Source of the DNA: Ostreococcus lucimarinus
Taxonomy: Eukaryota
Strand: one strand, 5' to 3'
DNA: 64,000 nucleotides
Assembly: GCA_000092065.1 (NCBI GenBank)
Contig: CP000590.1
Below the pieces are notes generated by a model, which was not told the origin of the DNA, did not search any database, and saw nothing but the letters and a program-made list of their open reading frames with translations. The translations under genes and the position numbers were made by a program. Shown here piece after piece: positions 61,429 through 64,000 of this stretch; positions within the stretch are counted from its first letter, which is position 1; each line of letters starts with the position of its first letter.

Positions 61429-62514
61429 ATGGGCAACAAACCCAGGCTCGTGTGCGCCAAGTGCGCGTCGACGTTCAAGCGTCAGACCGCGCAGTCGACG
61501 CGGTTTTGTAAGCCGTGCCGAGCCGCCGCCTCGGCGAAGGGCGAAACGCTCGACGACGACGACGACGCGTACGGCGGCGTCGTGCTCGGATTCAAGCGCG
61601 CGAACGGCGATGATTCGTCTGGCCTCGAACGCGGCGCGCTCGAGGGCGGCGGTAAGCGCGCGGAAGCCGGTGGGTCCGGCGGCGCGGCGAAGAAGAAGAA
61701 GAAGCGACGGAAAAAGCCGGCGGCGCCGACGAACGCGAAGTCGGATCCGATGTGCCTCGAGATCGTGAACACGCTGGATCAACGGTGCGAAATCATCGAC
61801 GCGACGAATTATGAAATCAAAATGCCGGCATGCGTGGAGACGATCAAGGCGTCGAGCGTCGTCGCGGTTGATTGCGAGGGAGTGCGAATGTCGCGCACGG
61901 GTCCGGTGACGGTGGTGCAGTGCGCGACGCGCGACGCGATTTACTTGATCGACGTGCAGTCGCTCGGGGGACGAGCGTTCGGAGACAGAAACGCGGGAGG
62001 GTTGCGGGATGTCCTGGAGTCGAGTGAGGCGCCGATGAAGCTCATGTTTGATTGTCGCATGGATTCGGACGCGTTGTTTCATCAATTCGACGTGCGATTG
62101 GAAAACGTGATGGACGTGCAGGTGCTCGACGTCGCCGCGCGTCGGGCTCTCGGGAAGATGATCGATCGCGTCGCGGGGATCGTGAAGTGCGCGGGAACGC
62201 ATCTGACGAGCGCGGAGACCGCGGTGGCTGATGACTTGAAGGTTCGCGTGAAGAAGTTGTACGCCGTCGAGGAATCGACGCTTTGGGCGGATCGTCCGTT
62301 AACAGATGACGTTCGACGGTATGCCGCGCTAGACGTGTATTTGCTCTTAAAGCTTCATGAAAAAATTATGTTCGATCTGAGGGAAGACAAGGACGACTGG
62401 GTCGCGCGCACGTTGAAGGAGTCTTCCAGACGCGTGTTGGCGTTTCGAGAATTGGACGTCGCAGTAGAGCAGGGCGTGTTCACGGAAGAGTCCACTATCG
62501 CGCCGACGTTTTAG
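61429..62514 (+). CDS. DEDDy-type 3'-5' exonuclease domain protein (RNase D/WRN-exo/EXD-like)
   Basis: VVAVDCEGVRMSR, LMFDCRMDSDAL and RYAALDVYLLLKL. N-terminal C-x2-C...C-x2-C pair. ATG at 61429. Confidence 0.7.
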   Translation: MGNKPRLVCAKCASTFKRQTAQSTRFCKPCRAAASAKGETLDDDDDAYGGVVLGFKRANGDDSSGLERGALEGGGKRAEAGGSGGAAKKKKKRRKKPAAPTNAKSDPMCLEIVNTLDQRCEIIDATNYEIKMPACVETIKASSVVAVDCEGVRMSRTGPVTVVQCATRDAIYLIDVQSLGGRAFGDRNAGGLRDVLESSEAPMKLMFDCRMDSDALFHQFDVRLENVMDVQVLDVAARRALGKMIDRVAGIVKCAGTHLTSAETAVADDLKVRVKKLYAVEESTLWADRPLTDDVRRYAALDVYLLLKLHEKIMFDLREDKDDWVARTLKESSRRVLAFRELDVAVEQGVFTEESTIAPTF

Positions 62515-62664
62515 TGCTAGGTGCGTACACGCGATGATCGAACCTGTTCTCGCCCTCGTGGTTTCCGATGATGTTTCAAATAGCTTAATCTTTGCTGACC
62601 ATCCTCATGAAGATGATTCATGACAACTCGACTGAGGAATCCGTGGCGCGCTGTTGGCTTTCCG

Positions 62665-62709
<45 letters not shown>

Positions 62710-62757
62710 CGTTGTGTGTTTGCAATGAATGTAAAATATACTTCTACTACAGTACAG

Positions 62758-63093
62758 CTATCGTCGCCAACTCGTTTTGCTCACGTCAACCTTACTCACA
62801 CCGCTGGCGAGCGAAACCCGAGTACTGATCCGACCGAGCTTGACGGTGATTTCGTTCGCATCTGGGTGGACTTCGATGACTTCTGCCTCTGCGCTCCCTA
62901 GCTGACGGACGACGACGAGCGTGCCAATTTTGGGAATCCATCGCGAGGACGCGCTGTCAAGGCTGTCGCCCGGGACGGCTTCGCCGCTCGCGTCGACGAC
63001 CCATCCGGCGGGAAGCGACGCGCCGACGACATCGTCGATGTCCTCTCGCGTGTCGCACGCCGCCAATAACTCGCGAGCTTCTTCAATCTTTCG

Positions 63094-63138
<45 letters not shown>

Positions 63139-64000
63139 ATCCAAGTGCGCAGATTTACTCCTGACTTCGTCGAACAGCGCGCGCGTCTCTTCGAGCGTCG
63201 CCGCCGCCGCGGCTCGGCGGGCGAGCTGCACGTCGCATTCTTCATCAAGTGCGCTGGCCAACTTCGCGCGATTTTCCCGCGCGATCGCGCCACTGGCGTC
63301 TACCTCTGCGTTGGCATCCGCCTTGGCTAGCGCGATGCGCGCCTCGGCGAGTATCCACGGTTCTAATCCGAGCCCCGCTGCGATGTGCAACGCGTTGCTC
63401 TTGCCGGTTTCGCCCCACAGCAACCGATACGTCGGCTGCAGCGACTGAAGATCGAACTCCACCGCCGCGACTTGAGCTGTGTCGGATGCGAGTGTGGCTT
63501 CCTTGACTTCTTCGTAGTGCGACGTCGCGATCGTCAAACGAGACGTGCGTGAGAGTTTGTTCAGGACGGCGACGGCGAGAGACGCGCCCTCCGCCGGGTC
63601 GGTGCCGCTCCCGGGCTCGTCCAGCAAGACCAATGTATCGTCGGTCGCGGCGTCCAAAATGCGTTGCAGACCTTTGAGGTGCGCGCCAAAGGTGGACAAG
63701 CCGCCGTCGAGCTCGAGGGTTTGCGAATCTCCTAAATCGGCGATGACGTGACGAAAGAATGGAATCTCGCAACCGGATTCGCATGGCAGATATAAACCAG
63801 CGCGCGCCATCAAACACGCGACGCCGATCGCTTTCAACGACGCGGTTTTACCGCCCGTATTCGGACCGGTGATAGTGACGCATTTGATAGACGAATCGAC
63901 GTTGAAATCAATCGGGACGACCACATCGCGCACATCTCGACGATTGACGTGTCGCTGCGAATGCGCCGAATCGTCTTCGGAGGCGTCGTTCTCGCCGAAC
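62758..64000 (-). CDS. mutS2: MutS2-type protein (C-terminal part; the 5' end is beyond the window)
   Basis: ITGPNTGGKTASLK (Walker A), VLLDEPGSGTDP, TSHY and a KOW-like C-terminus. The frame stays open to position 64000. Confidence 0.8.

Overview
This is eukaryotic nuclear DNA, not prokaryotic. It is very GC-rich (roughly 65-70% by eye) and extremely gene-dense. I call about 46 protein genes on both strands. Most are single-exon, spacers are about 25-300 bp, and many genes sit head-to-head. The gene content fits a green picoalga: plastid or mitochondrion-targeted bacterial-type enzymes (TrpG, IGPD, ProA, RecA, RecD2, HU, MutS2, PAO-type Rieske oxygenase, GcvT), flagellar or centrin-type coiled-coil proteins, PEX11, AP sigma, WEE1, NEMF, PAT1 and ESF1. 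Composition plus compaction suggest a Mamiellophyceae (Micromonas/Ostreococcus-like) chromosome, but that is inference only. The ORF track uses alternative start codons and is full of Arg/Ala-rich antisense shadow ORFs. I therefore trimmed calls to ATG starts that fit conserved domains and G/C-ending codons. Main observations follow. (1) A tRNA-Ala(CGC) gene at 43808-44097 becomes a perfect 73-nt cloverleaf only after removing two GT...AG introns that carry spliceosome-type donor, branch and acceptor signals. (2) An imidazoleglycerol-phosphate dehydratase gene encodes two IGPD domains in tandem with largely reciprocal loss of the metal-binding motifs. (3) A low-GC island of about 6.6 kb (46.3-52.9 kb) holds four or five unrelated genes. 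It is bounded by short direct repeats, and its genes share a duplicated promoter-plus-start-codon module containing a telo-box (AAACCCTA). (4) A small set of inferred spliceosomal introns (GTG[ACG]G[TC] ... ACTGAC ... CAG) restores otherwise start-less HU, cyclophilin and Borealin-like genes. (5) A Cys-rich 67-codon ORF has a stop codon overlapping the next gene's ATG (ATGA). No rRNA, CRISPR array, transposase or integrase was seen. All family names come from motifs I recognise by eye, and no database search was run.
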